Origin: Anthoceros angustus
Lineage: Eukaryota > Plantae > Anthocerotophyta
Direction of reading: 5' to 3'
Length of the DNA: 64,000 nucleotides
NCBI GenBank assembly: GCA_010909165.1
Contig: VJWM01000044.1
Span: 1,922,001 to 1,986,000 of the forward strand
The notes below the pieces were generated by a model. That model was not told the DNA's origin. It saw only the letters and a list, made by a program, of their open reading frames with translations, and did no database searches. This document shows, one piece after another, positions 1 to 12,544 of the stretch. Positions within the stretch are counted from its first letter, which is position 1. Each line of letters opens with the position of its first letter. The position numbers and the translations under genes are program-made.

Positions 1-421
1 CTACTCGCTCTCACTTGCGAATGCGAATTGGAATGCCAAGGCTTCAAATTCGCCCTTGCGAGCTGTCGATGGCAACGTGAATCTCGTCTGCAACGCAATC
101 TCTCCTTCCCTTGCTCACCTACATTCGTTTCAATGAAACCGGTCGTCAAATTTGAAGCGGGAAACTGTTTAAAGTTCTGTTACAGCACTGCACTGCGCAT
201 TTTCCACGACTGTTACAAGTCCGTGCATGTAGTCAAGTCTCCTTTTCCACTGCAGCCTCGCGGCGAAACGTTCACAAAACGTCTCCACCTCAAGTTGAAA
301 TTGTACATCGTACGTAGACTACACTACATGAGCTCACCAAAATGCATATCCGACGAGCGAGCGGAGACGGAGAAGGAGAAGGAGAAGCGGGATACTGCTT
401 TGTGGGTTGAAGAGGAGGCAT

Positions 422-510
422 GAGACGCTGGAGACGCAGGAGACGCAGGAGACGCAGGAGACGCAGGAGACGCAGGAGACGCTGGAGACGCAGGAGACGC
501 AGGAGACGCG
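422..510 (+). repeat. 9-bp minisatellite (GAGACGCAG/GAGACGCTG) x ~10
   Basis: Direct reading. It explains the low-complexity ORFs 290..658, 324..743 and 334..603. Confidence 0.95.
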
Positions 511-3500
511 AATCCTGTGAAGAGACCGTTGTGAGACGGAGTTGGGTAGTGGCTGGCCACTGACACTGTGTGCCCATCGGTGCGGTTCCCATAAAGATAA
601 CACACCGCCCGGTGCGAGCAGCTAACCGCGCCCGCGCCGGTGCCACAGATGCGACCATCTTTTGAGACCTTCACTCCCCCTACCCGCCGTTGACATACTG
701 TGGCCACACGGCGCCCTCTCTTTTCCTTGCATTTTGTTTGCACTTGTTTCCGTGAAAGAAAAAATAAATTGGAATACGGGAATAAAGCCCCACACTACAG
801 CCCACGCTTTGACTCACCCTTTTTCCTTTTTCTCGCTTCAAAATCGCATTTGTGCCTTTACACAGCTCACAGCGAGCGAGCTGACTCACGCTACTGTAGG
901 CGTATCAAGAACCGATAAATTTTTAAGTGGATGAGGTGAAGCTATGTCTCTACATACATGTTTGTTATATCTACACATGCAACCTCAGAATCGTTTTCGG
1001 TTGGGCACTTTTTTCTAATATCCATAACCATGGGTAGCACGAGGTGTGGATCCTTGCACCCTTATTTCTTGGGTGCATCAAATTTAACCATGGTCCTTGA
1101 GTTGAGTTCAACGGCAGTATGACGTGGTGTTTCTATATTTAGGCTGTATATTCTCATGATGCCTTATTGACTCTTGTGACAAGTTTTATCATTTTAATAC
1201 CAAGGATTCCTTGTGAAAATATTTTTTTATAATGATATAATCTAGAAAATCATATTTTGTTGTTTGATAAAAATTAAAATCATAACCTTGGATGAAAATC
1301 TAAGCGCACACAGGTCCATTCTGAGTCATTTATGATAATTCTGCAATATGGAACTAATCTTAAGCTGGTAACAACTTTGTGCAACTTGAAGTGACGATTT
1401 GACATATATCCATGTGGCGTTGCTCTTCAAAAAGGGTTCTATGATGGAACAATATATAAGACACAAAATAGAATGGCTCAAGATAGATTTTCCTGTGAAC
1501 TAAGCTGATCTCATAACAAACTATTTGGACCTTGTGTTAATCTACATGTATAGCATAAACATAGGGAGTAAAATGACATAGTTATGTACAACAAATTTTG
1601 ATAAATTATATTTTAAGCTTAGATCTTCCTCCACGATCGAGGTTACAATCACCAAAAGCAATTGATTCGCACAGGGAAGAATGTTTTATTGTACTAATGC
1701 ATTGAACAACACACAGGGAATAAATATTAAGAAAATAGAATCATATCACACATGAAGAATACATCCTTTGTGCTCAAAACTATGTACTGGTGACCTACTC
1801 GTGCACGCTTTTTACACAGCAGCATGGGTACCTTATCCTTGTTGATCTTAAATAATATGACTGATATTTAGTTGAAAATTTTATAAAAATTTTGATACTA
1901 GACTTATACTTTGTCTAACAAAATTTAAGCATCCTGAGCTAGGGCCACAGGCAGGCCGTTGAGGATATGGAGCTGGACGCCAAAACGGGTGATTGCAACC
2001 TATTGAACGCTACTGGTCCGCGCTCGGCTGCAGCGCTGTGCGCAAGTGGTTGACGGTCGATTCCCGGTTTGGGGTTGGACATTGCCCGAAAAGGTAGCAC
2101 CAGCATCGATGTGGCTGCGTGCCACTACCTGGCCAGACAGCGCGTGTAAACCAGTTGTCTGTCTGACCTGACCCTGACCCTGATCCTGATCCTCGCCGTG
2201 GCCCTGACGCCCTGACGGGGTGGTTGGCCTCCAGCCTCCATGGATCCAGCTTGCGTTCAGCTTTCAGTCTGCCATCCAAAGCCATGTATTTTATTTATGT
2301 ATGTGTGTAGTGGGGTAGCCAGTGGGGCATGGCGTTGATGGACATTGAGTGCAGTGACTGGGGTCATTGCAGGCTCCAGCCTGCTCCTATGTAGATCTGG
2401 CGACCTCGGCCAGCCAGCATTGGGAAGGGTGTTGTCCGACGGCCGGGCAGCTTGCAGCTTGCAGCCTGCAGATTGGGAACCGATGTGGCAGACGATGATT
2501 ACCGTGCTAGCGCCCACATTTGTGCATGCGGTTTCACGGAGCGAGGGATCATGGCAGAGCCCTGAAATGGTGAGGCGGAAGTGCGGTGCGGGATCTTGGT
2601 CAGTGCGGCGGTTAGGTTGGCACTGGCGGACTTGCAGGCAAACTGCCCATCATCGTCTTGGTTGTGCTCCAAGTTGCGGATTGTCATGAAGCCCACACGA
2701 TTTTGATGATTCTAGGGTTGCAGGCCTTTATCAGATGATGCAGCGTGTGAGTAGCATGTGTTGCTAGCAAGCACACTTTGTTGTTACCGAGGAAGGACAA
2801 GCCGTGCTCCGGCACCTCCGCCGCAGGCTCGCATGTTGCCACTTTAGGTTGGGTATTTCATAGGAGTGCTGGGCGGATCCGGGATGAGGGAGCCGGCCGG
2901 GAAGGGAAGGAATCTTCAATGGAATTGGGAAGGAGAACTTTATCAAGTCATATACACCGTGTTGACTATGGTTGACACCCAGACGAAGAGACGAAGACAC
3001 ATACCTACATGCATATACCATGATGTCAAGCCTGTCAATTGGTTGCTCGAGTGTCAGAAGGGCGTTCGGTATACCTGTCTGTTGCGCGATGCTTGTCAAA
3101 GCTGCTGTCCTGACTTGTGAAACGTGTTTCTGCCATTTCTCCTTGTTTCACAGGTTTACATGGACCATATGTATGTCCATACCCGGCCTGCCCATGGAAT
3201 TGAACCTTTGTGGTGCAAGTGAATCTTGTAAAGTGGAGTCGGACAAGCAAGCTTCACCAAAATCTCTCATCACGCTTATTGATCAATTTGTGTTTCCTCC
3301 TTACCACGCACAAAAACATTCTCGTGGTGCGAAGTCCTAAGCTATAAATAGGTCGCAGAAATAATGTTTTCTGAATCAAAGAATTGAATTCTATTGCAAT
3401 TTTGTGATCTGAACAGCGTTGAAGTGGATACGCAAGGATATCCGGATCGTGCTATGGCGAGTTGCTGCTGACCACGGAGTCCACTTTGCTGCAGTAAGGG

Positions 3501-3831
3501 CTGTGAGAGAAGGGGAGCTTGTCCAAGAAGGTGAATGAAAGCGACGACGTATTGGCCGGATCACCACACAGTAGGATCCATTTCATACATATATGTGGAG
3601 ACAAAACAACCGTGCTAAGATGCTTAATGCAGTGGACTTGGGAATCTGAGTCGGGAGGAGCATCTTTATCGTTTCGGAGTACATATGCGCGCACCAATGG
3701 TTCCTGTTGGAGCAATCTCATTGTTGTGCTGCTCCTGATCGAGAAGCTTGCGGATGTGAGACTGTGAGGTGCATGCCGAAGATACCTGTCTCACAGATCT
3801 GATCCATATCTTTGCACATTCCCCCTGAGCA

Positions 3832-4335
3832 ATGGCATCCGACACCAAGTTCTGGAGTCTGGAAGTTGTGGACCAAGTGAGGGCACCGATTGATGTTGTG
3901 TGGGAGCTGTGTTCAGACTTCGTCGGGACCGATCGATGGTATCCAGGTGTGACCTCAACCCTAGTCTCTGGAGAACCCGGAAAGCCAGGCGCGGTGCGGC
4001 GCCTTCAGGAGATCACGACCGGCCCGTCATCAACTTTCGCTAACGAGCAGCTGCTTGTCTTGGACACGGCCAACCATCTCATCACATACCAGCTGCTCGA
4101 AAACACCTGGAATCTGAAGGAGTACCAGGGGACTTTGAAACTGACCGCCGGTGCTGATCCGGGTGTCACCGTAATTTCTTGGTCTTACCAAATGGTGCCG
4201 AACAACGAGACGACGTCGGAGGCGGTTGCAACCATCTTAGGATTTCTGTTTCGGAAAGGAATTGATCATCTGAAGTTACTTCTGGAGAAGGATGACACGG
4301 AAGCTGATGGCGCTGCTCAGAAAGCCAGACCCTGA
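3832..4335 (+). CDS. SRPBCC / Polyketide_cyc2 (Bet v1-like, lachrymatory-factor-synthase-like) protein, paralog X, 167 aa, intronless
   Basis: VRAPIDVVWELCSDF..DRWYP, G.PGAVRR, NEQLLVLD..NHLITYQLLE, VISWSY and a C-terminal helix fit the START-like SRPBCC fold pattern. Confidence 0.85.
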   Translation: MASDTKFWSLEVVDQVRAPIDVVWELCSDFVGTDRWYPGVTSTLVSGEPGKPGAVRRLQEITTGPSSTFANEQLLVLDTANHLITYQLLENTWNLKEYQGTLKLTAGADPGVTVISWSYQMVPNNETTSEAVATILGFLFRKGIDHLKLLLEKDDTEADGAAQKARP

Positions 4336-6087
4336 CTGTAGAGCCTGCTGCTCTGGCTTCCACGGATGTCGGCAAGAGCCAAGGGGAGGTCAGATCTGAG
4401 GTGAGCCATTGACTGCAGCTGGTGTTCACCGTTCATCCTCCAGTCGTTAGAGGGGAGAAGATCACGTCATTCCTAGATGCCTTTGTAGGTGACAACGTTT
4501 AGTACCACCTCGTTGTTAGCCTGCTTTTATGAAGATGTGAATAGACAGTGTACGTACATATGTACTGTGAGAGGGTGTGACCTGACAGCTTGTGAAAGAC
4601 AGGCGCCATCAACAGCATTCTCATCACAGGCTATGTACATCCAACGCAGAGGAAATAAATTAGTCCCCATTGTCCATGCCAGAATGCTTGGAGTCTACAG
4701 GTGTCCAGATGTACATACATGCTAGCAAGCATATGTACTTCACTTCACAGGATTGGTCAGTGGGAGAGGCACAGACGTGGAGGGTCGGTCAAGGAGGTGT
4801 GACCATGGGCGATGATGAGCACTACACACATAAATTGAGGTGAGTGGCACCTTGCCGCTGCTCACTCTCATTGATGGTCTCATGGCTGCTCCATAAATGG
4901 GCATTTATCATCCCGCCTTGACCGCAGTCGTGGTCGTCACCATGCCCATTGCCCAGAGACTGGATGCCTGGCTGACACGAGCCGGCGCGAGAGGAAACAA
5001 AAGAAAAGGCAAGCTATTACTTTGCAGCGATATTTGAACCAGAAATTTAATATTCCCGTGAGATTGTGCAATATCGAGAGTGCTGTCGTCGTTGTAGTTG
5101 GGGCTTTCAATGTGCAGACATTTTCTGCTTGTCCTACAAGACGACAGCTCTGTAACCTCGGTTTTCTGTTTCTCCACAGATCCTCGCATCCAGGCAAGCC
5201 TTGCCTTGATTTTTGGGCAGCGAGCCAACATGCACATCGATTCAGAGCAGGCCGGCACCTGCGCCCAGTCCCTGCATGAATGACCTTCACCTGACTGTCA
5301 CCTTGATCAAGGCCCAAACCGCCTGGACCTGGCCTGGTTGAATCAGGCGTTTCACTAAACCCTAATTGCCAATCCGACCTGGATCTGCCAGATCGCCTTC
5401 GGCAGTCCGGCTGCGGCAACCACCGTTTGACGGGCTACGAGGAGCTGACTCCCTTCAACATCTGCACGGTGACCTCCGACCGACGTGGATTCAGGGACTG
5501 CCACCAGATGGACTCTGCATGTACAAGTACGGTCATGTACAATTGACTTTGGCCACACACCGACGGCTTTGCTCTCAACCAGACCAGTGCAACGGAACCC
5601 ATACACTACACATGTACTAAGTTAGCAAGTGCGATTAGGCAGCTGGATTGCTTGAAATCATCAAACAAAAATAATTTGCAACGGGTGAAAACTGACGACA
5701 TTTCTCATGTTCTACCTAGTCTGCCACGCCAGCGCGGTCACACTAATGCCTCCTGCCTGCTTCCAGATTTGCTTTCCTCCAAAGCAAGTGAAGCTTTTTC
5801 TTGGGTCCTCCTGAAACGAAGGCCTGATCACAACAAGTCAATCTTATCAACAACGGTTCACAAACACGTCTTTCACATACAAACTCGAAACATTAAGAAA
5901 GAGGAACTTACACAGGCATAAATGCATAAGCAGCAATGTAAATCTGAAGTCCAGCTCGGTGTTCACAAATCCGAAAGTCACCTACGCAACACACAGTGGA
6001 AGTGGCAAAAGCATCAGAAATGCCAGTCTTTAGAGTGAGGCAACTTGCAACGAAACGTGGCAGTGACTTACTCTTATCGGGTCCTGC

Positions 6088-7542
6088 TCATCCCTTGCCC
6101 TTCGGCATCTTTCGTGCATCAGCTGAAATAGACAGAGGAATAGCATGTGAGTGGACTAACAATATGGAAGCAAAAGTTTTCACCTCAACTCAAGTCAGCA
6201 GCGCAGATGCACCAGGTGAAAGCAGCCAGCAGAGGCAACAGTTTAGAGGAATTGAGCAAACTCCCACACAATCTACAAACTGGAGGCATTGGACAGGATC
6301 TCACCATCTTCGACATCCTTCATCTTGTGGAAGTAAGGGGCAAGTTCAATCAACCATTTAAGGTGGACCTCAATCACCTATGACCACGAGGCAGGCACTG
6401 GGATCACGAGAGCTTTGAACACTGACAGTTTAACCACGCTGGTTTGGAGGTCTTTTACAGAGTACTTTGCATGCCTGTCGTATGTATTCCTTCGTAGTGT
6501 ACACAAGTTCGTGATACCAAAACCCGGTGCGGCTGCACCTGACGGCAACATAACAGGACATGTATGGTAACATGGATGCTCATGTTGAAAGTTCACAAAT
6601 AGTGGACATACATCCCAGCTCTGTAGGACCAGAGCTGGGATGTATGTGAACGATTTGAGGGTTCTTAACTGAAATGTAGGACCCATTCTTCTGACGCTTG
6701 GCCGTATGGTAGAAGAAACCTGCCACAGTCACCCAACGTAAATCCAAGCCACCATCCAAGAACTGCAGCAGCATCCCAACTAGCAGGTAGAGATGCCTAT
6801 CTGATGCAATAGCCTTCTTTATTGAATCCAGATTGCTGTCACTTGACACCACTATTTCCACTCTTTCCAGCAATCTTTCCTGCTGTTCCCCGATGTCCCT
6901 TGCTCGCTTCATGCTGTCTCATAGCACCACTGAGTTGAGAAGTTGGTTTCCTTCCAAGTTTTGGAGACCTACATCAGCCAACTAAGGTGAGTCACTTCCA
7001 CAGGTAGTCACTGTTCACAATGCTATAACATTTCACCCTTTCAGATAGCAGTCGTGGCACACATGGTTTCAGTAGTGATACATGGAACACATTGTGTGCT
7101 AAAATGCATTCAGGCAATTGACCTTCAAGGGCGTAAGATGACCGCCCACGTTGCCAAAATGGAAGTTCGTCCGTGCATTGTCAGCATGCACCTGCTTGCC
7201 CTTGGGACGGTAGAATATTGAGTTGCCCACTGACAACATTGCAGCTCTGCTGAGGATCTCCTCAGAACAATTACATGTATCAGGGACAACTATCATCTTT
7301 GAAAGCATGGGCTCAAGACGAAACTCAGCCATCCCCCTTCCTAAATTGATTAGATCACCCCGATCATGCGGGAAAGCTGCTCAAAGGCCCATAACAGGCT
7401 CTCTACTGGAGGAGGGTCCATGAAGTCAAAGTTGACGAGATCATGAATGCCAAGGCTTTCCAACATAAGAACTACATTCCCCAGGTTTGTCCGCTGATTC
7501 TCAGGTACAGTGTGAGCATCTTTTTTCATTCTGGTAGGACCA
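6088..7542 (-). pseudogene. 5'-truncated duplicate of the DEAH helicase 3' end
   Basis: Matches helicase exons ([61 protein letters not shown]). Deletions and frameshift near 7365. No upstream exons; homology stops at ~7542. Confidence 0.9.
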
Positions 7543-7804
7543 GAGTGCATCCCTGCTCTTCCATGGCTCACCAAACTGATTTCAGCGAAAATCCACGCGA
7601 AATTTGAAGGGGAGTATATGTTCCACACTTGCTGTTCCTGCACTCTACTGCAGATTTTTCATGACTGTTATAGTAGGTCCGTGCATGTGGACGCCACGTC
7701 TTGTTTTCCACTGCAGCCTCGCGCGGTGTTAAAACGAAACGTCTCCACCGTGATAGAAATTGTATACGTTCAAGACCACATAAGCTCACCGAAATGATAT
7801 ACGG

Positions 7805-7921
7805 GAAATTTATCACATTCGTGATTTGCCTAAGCTCATGGTTATGGATTTGACCGGAAACAAGTTATGCCGAGCTAATGACTATAGGACTTACACCATA
7901 TTCTCTCTGAGGAAGCTCAAG
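7805..7921 (+). pseudogene. Isolated exon of an SDS22-like LRR / LRRcap protein (LRRC9-like by recollection)
   Basis: Frame EIYHIRDLPKLMVMDLTGNKLCRANDYRTYTIFSLRKLK ends exactly at a GT donor (7922). The LDLxGNxLC...YR.Y.I..L..LK pattern is an LRR plus LRRcap. Confidence 0.6.
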
Positions 7922-8589
7922 GTTTGTTACCACATTTTTGTCCTGTTCTTGTTGCCTTGGTACGAGAGGAGTCACGTTATGGTTCGACGAGCGAGGGGAG
8001 ACGCGGGATAGGTACTGTTGTGAGACGCCTGATAGAGGCCACTGATGGCCTGTTCACATCGGAACCGGGCATGCTGCGTAGACTCGCCGTAAAGATCGGG
8101 CGAACCCCGTCTTTTTCGGTTTCTTTAACCAAACGATAAGGTCGATACTGCGCAGTAAGGCGCAGGACCGGGCCGTGGTCACGCAGGGCCGAGCTGTGGT
8201 CCCATGACCCGTGATGTTATGGTATTAATATTATATTACAAAAATAGCATCGTGAGGATGCAAGAGGCTCGTCTTCTCATTTTCAACGTCGCTTTCTGTT
8301 GTGTGGCTTGTTGTGTTTTCGCTCCCTTGGCCTTGTGTCTAGACCTGGCCTCGTGTGTCTTGTCCTTTGTTTGCTTGGGGTCATGGATCCATGTTATTTA
8401 ATATTTTATTTGGTTTTTTCATGAAATCTTATGTAGAATGCACGGATCTACCTATGGATGATGGTATGATGAGTAATGATGGATGTTTTGGTATTCCTTT
8501 AATACCTTCATTGGTTGGAGTGTACTTCTTTCACTGGGATATTGAGCAGCAGTCTTGTCTTCAACGAGATTTTGGTGGACGTTTCCGCG

Positions 8590-9397
8590 CCAAAATACAA
8601 CTTGGAGTTCTTTACACATGCTTGCTTGGCACCTTATGGGGCAAAAACACTTTGGATGCACAATGGAGGAAGGAGTATAGGATGGCCTACTCAACTTTCA
8701 AGCTTTTGGTGGAAGAATTGCGTCCTTACATCCAAAAGAAGTCTAACAGGCCACCTCTACAACTTGAGCTTGGAGTTGCCATGGTCTTGCACAGGTTAGC
8801 TTATGGAGCTGTACCTGTGTTGTCGCTAACACCTATGGAGTTGGACCATCCATTGTGACAGAGTATACCAAGTTGATTACTAGCATCCTTAGTAATCCAA
8901 TGAAGTTGGCTTCAAAGTTCATCAACATGCCAAGTGGCCAACGACAACTACCATGTGCAGACAAGTTATTGGTTGACAACACCAATATTCGGCCTTTTTT
9001 TGTTGGTGATAGTGCTTATCCAATCATGCCTTTCCTCATGAAGGCATATGATATACCATGCGCACCAGACAAACAAAGGTTCAATAGGAATCTGCACAAA
9101 GGAAGGGTGAAAATTGAAAATGCATTTGGGAATTTGAAGAACAGGTGGAGTATTTTGAAGGACATAAATGTGGCTCTTCCTTATGTGGGACAAAGTGTAG
9201 TAGCTTGCACAGTGTTACATATTTTTTGCATCATGCATAAGGAGTCTGATGTGGCAAATGTGCTGGAAAATCCGGACCCTTATCGCATGCACCATCAGCC
9301 ATTTTATTTGGAGAATGCCATGGAGGAGCAGCTTCAACGAGTGGGCAACGAACAAAGACAAGCATTGTTTGAGTTTTTGATGAATACAAATTGTTGA
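8590..9397 (+). mobile_element. PIF/Harbinger DDE nuclease (DDE_Tnp_4-like), frameshifted and internally deleted
   Basis: W..EYRMAYSTFKLLVEELRPYI, VAMVLHRLAYG, VGDSAYPIMPFLMKAY, FN.NLHKGRVKIENAFGNLKNRW.IL, ACTVLHIFC are HARBI1-type motifs. The central DG segment is missing. Confidence 0.85.
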
Positions 9398-10038
9398 GGG
9401 CAATTGTGATTGTTATTGTATGTTAGACAATATGTGAGGCCATCATGCCCAATCATAACAATACATGGAAGAACAACGAGGCTCTACGAACTAAAAGAAA
9501 TAATTATCTCCTTTAAATTAGAAGGTGTCACAAAACACAAGCTTATTAAACTCGAGAAAGGACTACCAGTCTTGGACACAATATCCACCTGAGAGTCTTA
9601 GTGCCTACATTGGAAGGAGCCTATGCTGCCGAATTGAACGTCTGCTATTCCTCCCATGCTACATCACCATTTTATTTGGAGAATGCCATGGAGGAGCAGC
9701 TTCAACGAGTGGGCAACGAACAAAGACAAGCATTGTTTGAGTTTTTGATGAATACAAATTGTTGAGGGCAATTGTGATTGTTATTGTATGTTAGACAATA
9801 TGTGAGGCCATCATGCCCAATCATAACAATACATGGAAGAACAACGAGGCTCTACGAACTAAAAGAAATAATTATCTCCTTTAAATTAGAAGGTGTCACA
9901 AAACACAAGCTTATTAAACTCGAGAAAGGACTACCGGTCTTGGACACAATATCCACCTGAGAGTCTTAGTGCCTACATTGGAAGGAGCCTATGCTGCCCG
10001 AATTGAAACGTCTGCTATTCCTCCCATGCTACATCACC
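9293..10038. repeat. Direct tandem duplication, 368-bp period, 2 copies
   Basis: Identical ORFs at 9410..9592 and 9778..9960 (offset 368). Covers the nuclease 3' end and downstream sequence. Confidence 0.95.
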
Positions 10039-10129
10039 TGTCATCATCAAAATCAGAAGTAGGCCTATTTCGTTTTGTTTCAACTTGGGAACTGGCAAAT
10101 AATTATGCTATCTTCAACTGGATTTCAGC

Positions 10130-11935
10130 TTGCATTTGCTGACGTTGTAAATCATGAAGTACTCTGGCATGTTCCACTTTCTGCATGAATTCCAGTCTCT
10201 GCCTCTCCAACTCCTGTGCGTGAAGCAACTTAGCCTCCTCAATCTACACATAACTTTGGGCAAAAGCTTGCATACCTTCGCGAAAATCTGACTTGCCACT
10301 GAAGGATAATTTTCTAGTCTTTCTTTTCCCAGCTCGTTGTGCGAGACACCCGGCAAGCTTTTGATCTGGGGTAGAGGGGTATCTGGTGTCGTTTGCCCAT
10401 TATCTGGATAAGAATCTGTTGCTGCTGAGGACGGAGCGGGAGTTGGCGTGGTGCCCTTGCCACCAAGCTTGGCTAGGGAGGTTGTAGTATCCTGGTTAAG
10501 GTCTTCATCTTCAAGGTTGACAAAATCTGGAGCAATTGGGTCCTCATTTACGGAAAAAGTACCATCAATCGCAAAGCTCCCAATATCAACGGACCCTGGA
10601 ATGCCACAAAATTTCGGATTTGTGCCCAAGAAGAAGTCCATCTACTCGAAGAAAGGCCAAGAGCTTGGTGTCCCCCCTCATATATGCTTGACCTTCTCTC
10701 TTTCCTAGTTGTATTTCTTCTTCTGCCTCTCCAACTCCTGCGTGAAGCAACTTAGCCTCCTCAATCTACACATAACTTTGGGCAAAAGCTTGCATACCTT
10801 GGAAAATCGACTTGCCACCGAAGGATAATTTTCTAGTCTTTCTTTTCCCAGCTCGTTGTGCGAGACACCCCGGCAAGCTTTTGATCCGGGGTAGAGGGTA
10901 TCTGGTGTCGTTGCCCATTATCCGGATAAGAATCATTCTGCGAGGACGGAGCGGGAGTTGGCGTGGTGCCCTTGCCACCAAGCTTGGCTAGGGAGGTTGT
11001 AGTATCACAGTTAAGGTCTTCATCTTCAAGGTTGACAAAATCTGGAGCAATTGGGTCCTCATTACGGAAAAAGTACCATCAATCGCAAAGCTCCCAATAT
11101 CAACGGACCACAGAATGCCACAAAATTTGGTTGTGCCCAAGAAGAAGTCCATCTACTCGAAGAAAGGCCAAGAGCTTGGTGTCCCCTCATATATGCTTGA
11201 CCTTCTCTCTTTCCTAGTTGTATTTCTTCTTCTGCCTCTCCAACTCCGTGCGTGAAGCAACTTAGCCTCCTCAATCTACACATAACTTTGGGCAAAAGCT
11301 TGCATACCTTGGAAATCGACTTGCCACCGAAGGATAATTTTCTAGTCTTTCTTTTCCCAGCTCGTTGTGCGAGACACCCCGGCAAGCTTTTGATCCGGGG
11401 TAGAGGGTATCTGGTGTCGTTGCCCATTATCCGGATAAGAATCATTCTGCGAGGACGGAGCGGGAGTTGGCGTGGTGCCCTTGCCACCAAGCTTGGCTAG
11501 GGAGGTTGTAGTATCACAGTTAAGGTCTTCATCTTCAAGGTTGACAAAATCTGGAGCAATTGGGTCCTCATTTACGGAAAAAGTACCATCAATCGCAAAG
11601 CTCCCAATATCAACGGACCCTGGAATGCCACAAAATTTCGGATTTGTGCCCAAGAAGAAGTCCATCTACTCGAAGAAAGGCCAAGAGCTTGGTGTCCCCC
11701 CTCATATATGCTTGACCTTCTCTCTTTCCTAGTTGTATTTCTTCTTCAGTGCCTCTACCTTCTGCTTACATTGCTTCCAACGAATAATTCAGGTGCAGTA
11801 CGGAGAAACCAAACTGCAAATTTCATGCCAATGTTTCACCTCTAAATTGCCTTTGTTCGCCTATAAATTCTTCTCTTGAAACAAGGCCTGGGTGCCTTCA
11901 TCTGTCCAAGTCACCTTTTCCAGACCAACCGGCTG
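10130..11935 (-). mobile_element. Harbinger accessory Myb/SANT (trihelix-like) ORF, degenerate, convergent with the nuclease
   Basis: Minus-strand translation of ~11935-11600: VTWTDEGTQALF...KGNLEVKHWHEI...WKQCKQKVEALKKKYN*ERE...SSWPFFE*MDFFLG, with in-frame stops. Confidence 0.8.
10198..11750. repeat. Tandem triplication, ~510-525-bp unit
   Basis: Near-identical ORFs at 10448, 10963 and 11472. Copies differ largely by small indels. Confidence 0.95.
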
Positions 11936-12544
11936 GCTGCAATGTTCAAGGTGCCCGCGAGGAAAGTCTGCTATTGAACGCGGCAGGTCTGCCATAGCTT
12001 TCTAGGGCGCAAAGCGGCTTGGTACGGCTAGTTGGAAGATCTTAGGTTGTTTAATGCACCACAAAACATCTCGGGTGATCAAAATGCACATGGGATGGAG
12101 CACGGGTTGAGAGCGCTATGGTATGCAGGCACTGCGACTACGGGGTGTGGCTGTAGTCACAGTGACAAGGGCAGAGTGGATCGACAATAGCTTAATTTAG
12201 GTGAGCCCGGTGAGCAAGGAAGCTGCGCAGTTTCCTGGGCAGAACGAACTGCGTTGTGGTTTTCTTTATGTGAACAGGCGATGAGACATGGTTACTCATT
12301 CATCCAATTCCCATACACACGTCTCCACCGCCTGGTGCAAGCAGCGGACCGCGCCACCAACCATCTTTTGACACCTTGACATCTTATATGCAAAAGTCAT
12401 TGTGGAGTGTTGCCCTATATACAGCTACTTCACATGGCACTTAAGCACTCTTCGGCTTACGGCTACCACATCATCACGCGTTGCACGCCAAAACGGGTGA
12501 TTATGTTGCTCCCTTTATGTAGTGACATCCAGACATGAGTTCAT

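Larger units (their letters stand above)
99..7545. repeat. Upstream copy of an old tandem segmental duplication (partner ~7553..22297)
   Basis: Colinear DNA similarity read by eye: ~99-580 with ~7553-8075, and ~2030-7542 with ~16720-22297 (e.g. agtggttgacggtcgattcccggtt, gtggagtcggacaagcaagcttcaccaaaatctct, agatctgaggtg.gccatt, helicase exons). Junction near 7545. Confidence 0.85.

Noticed and set aside
290-743. Overlapping ORFs with ASP/LLR/VSC repeats
   Set aside because: Artefacts of the stop-free 9-bp minisatellite.
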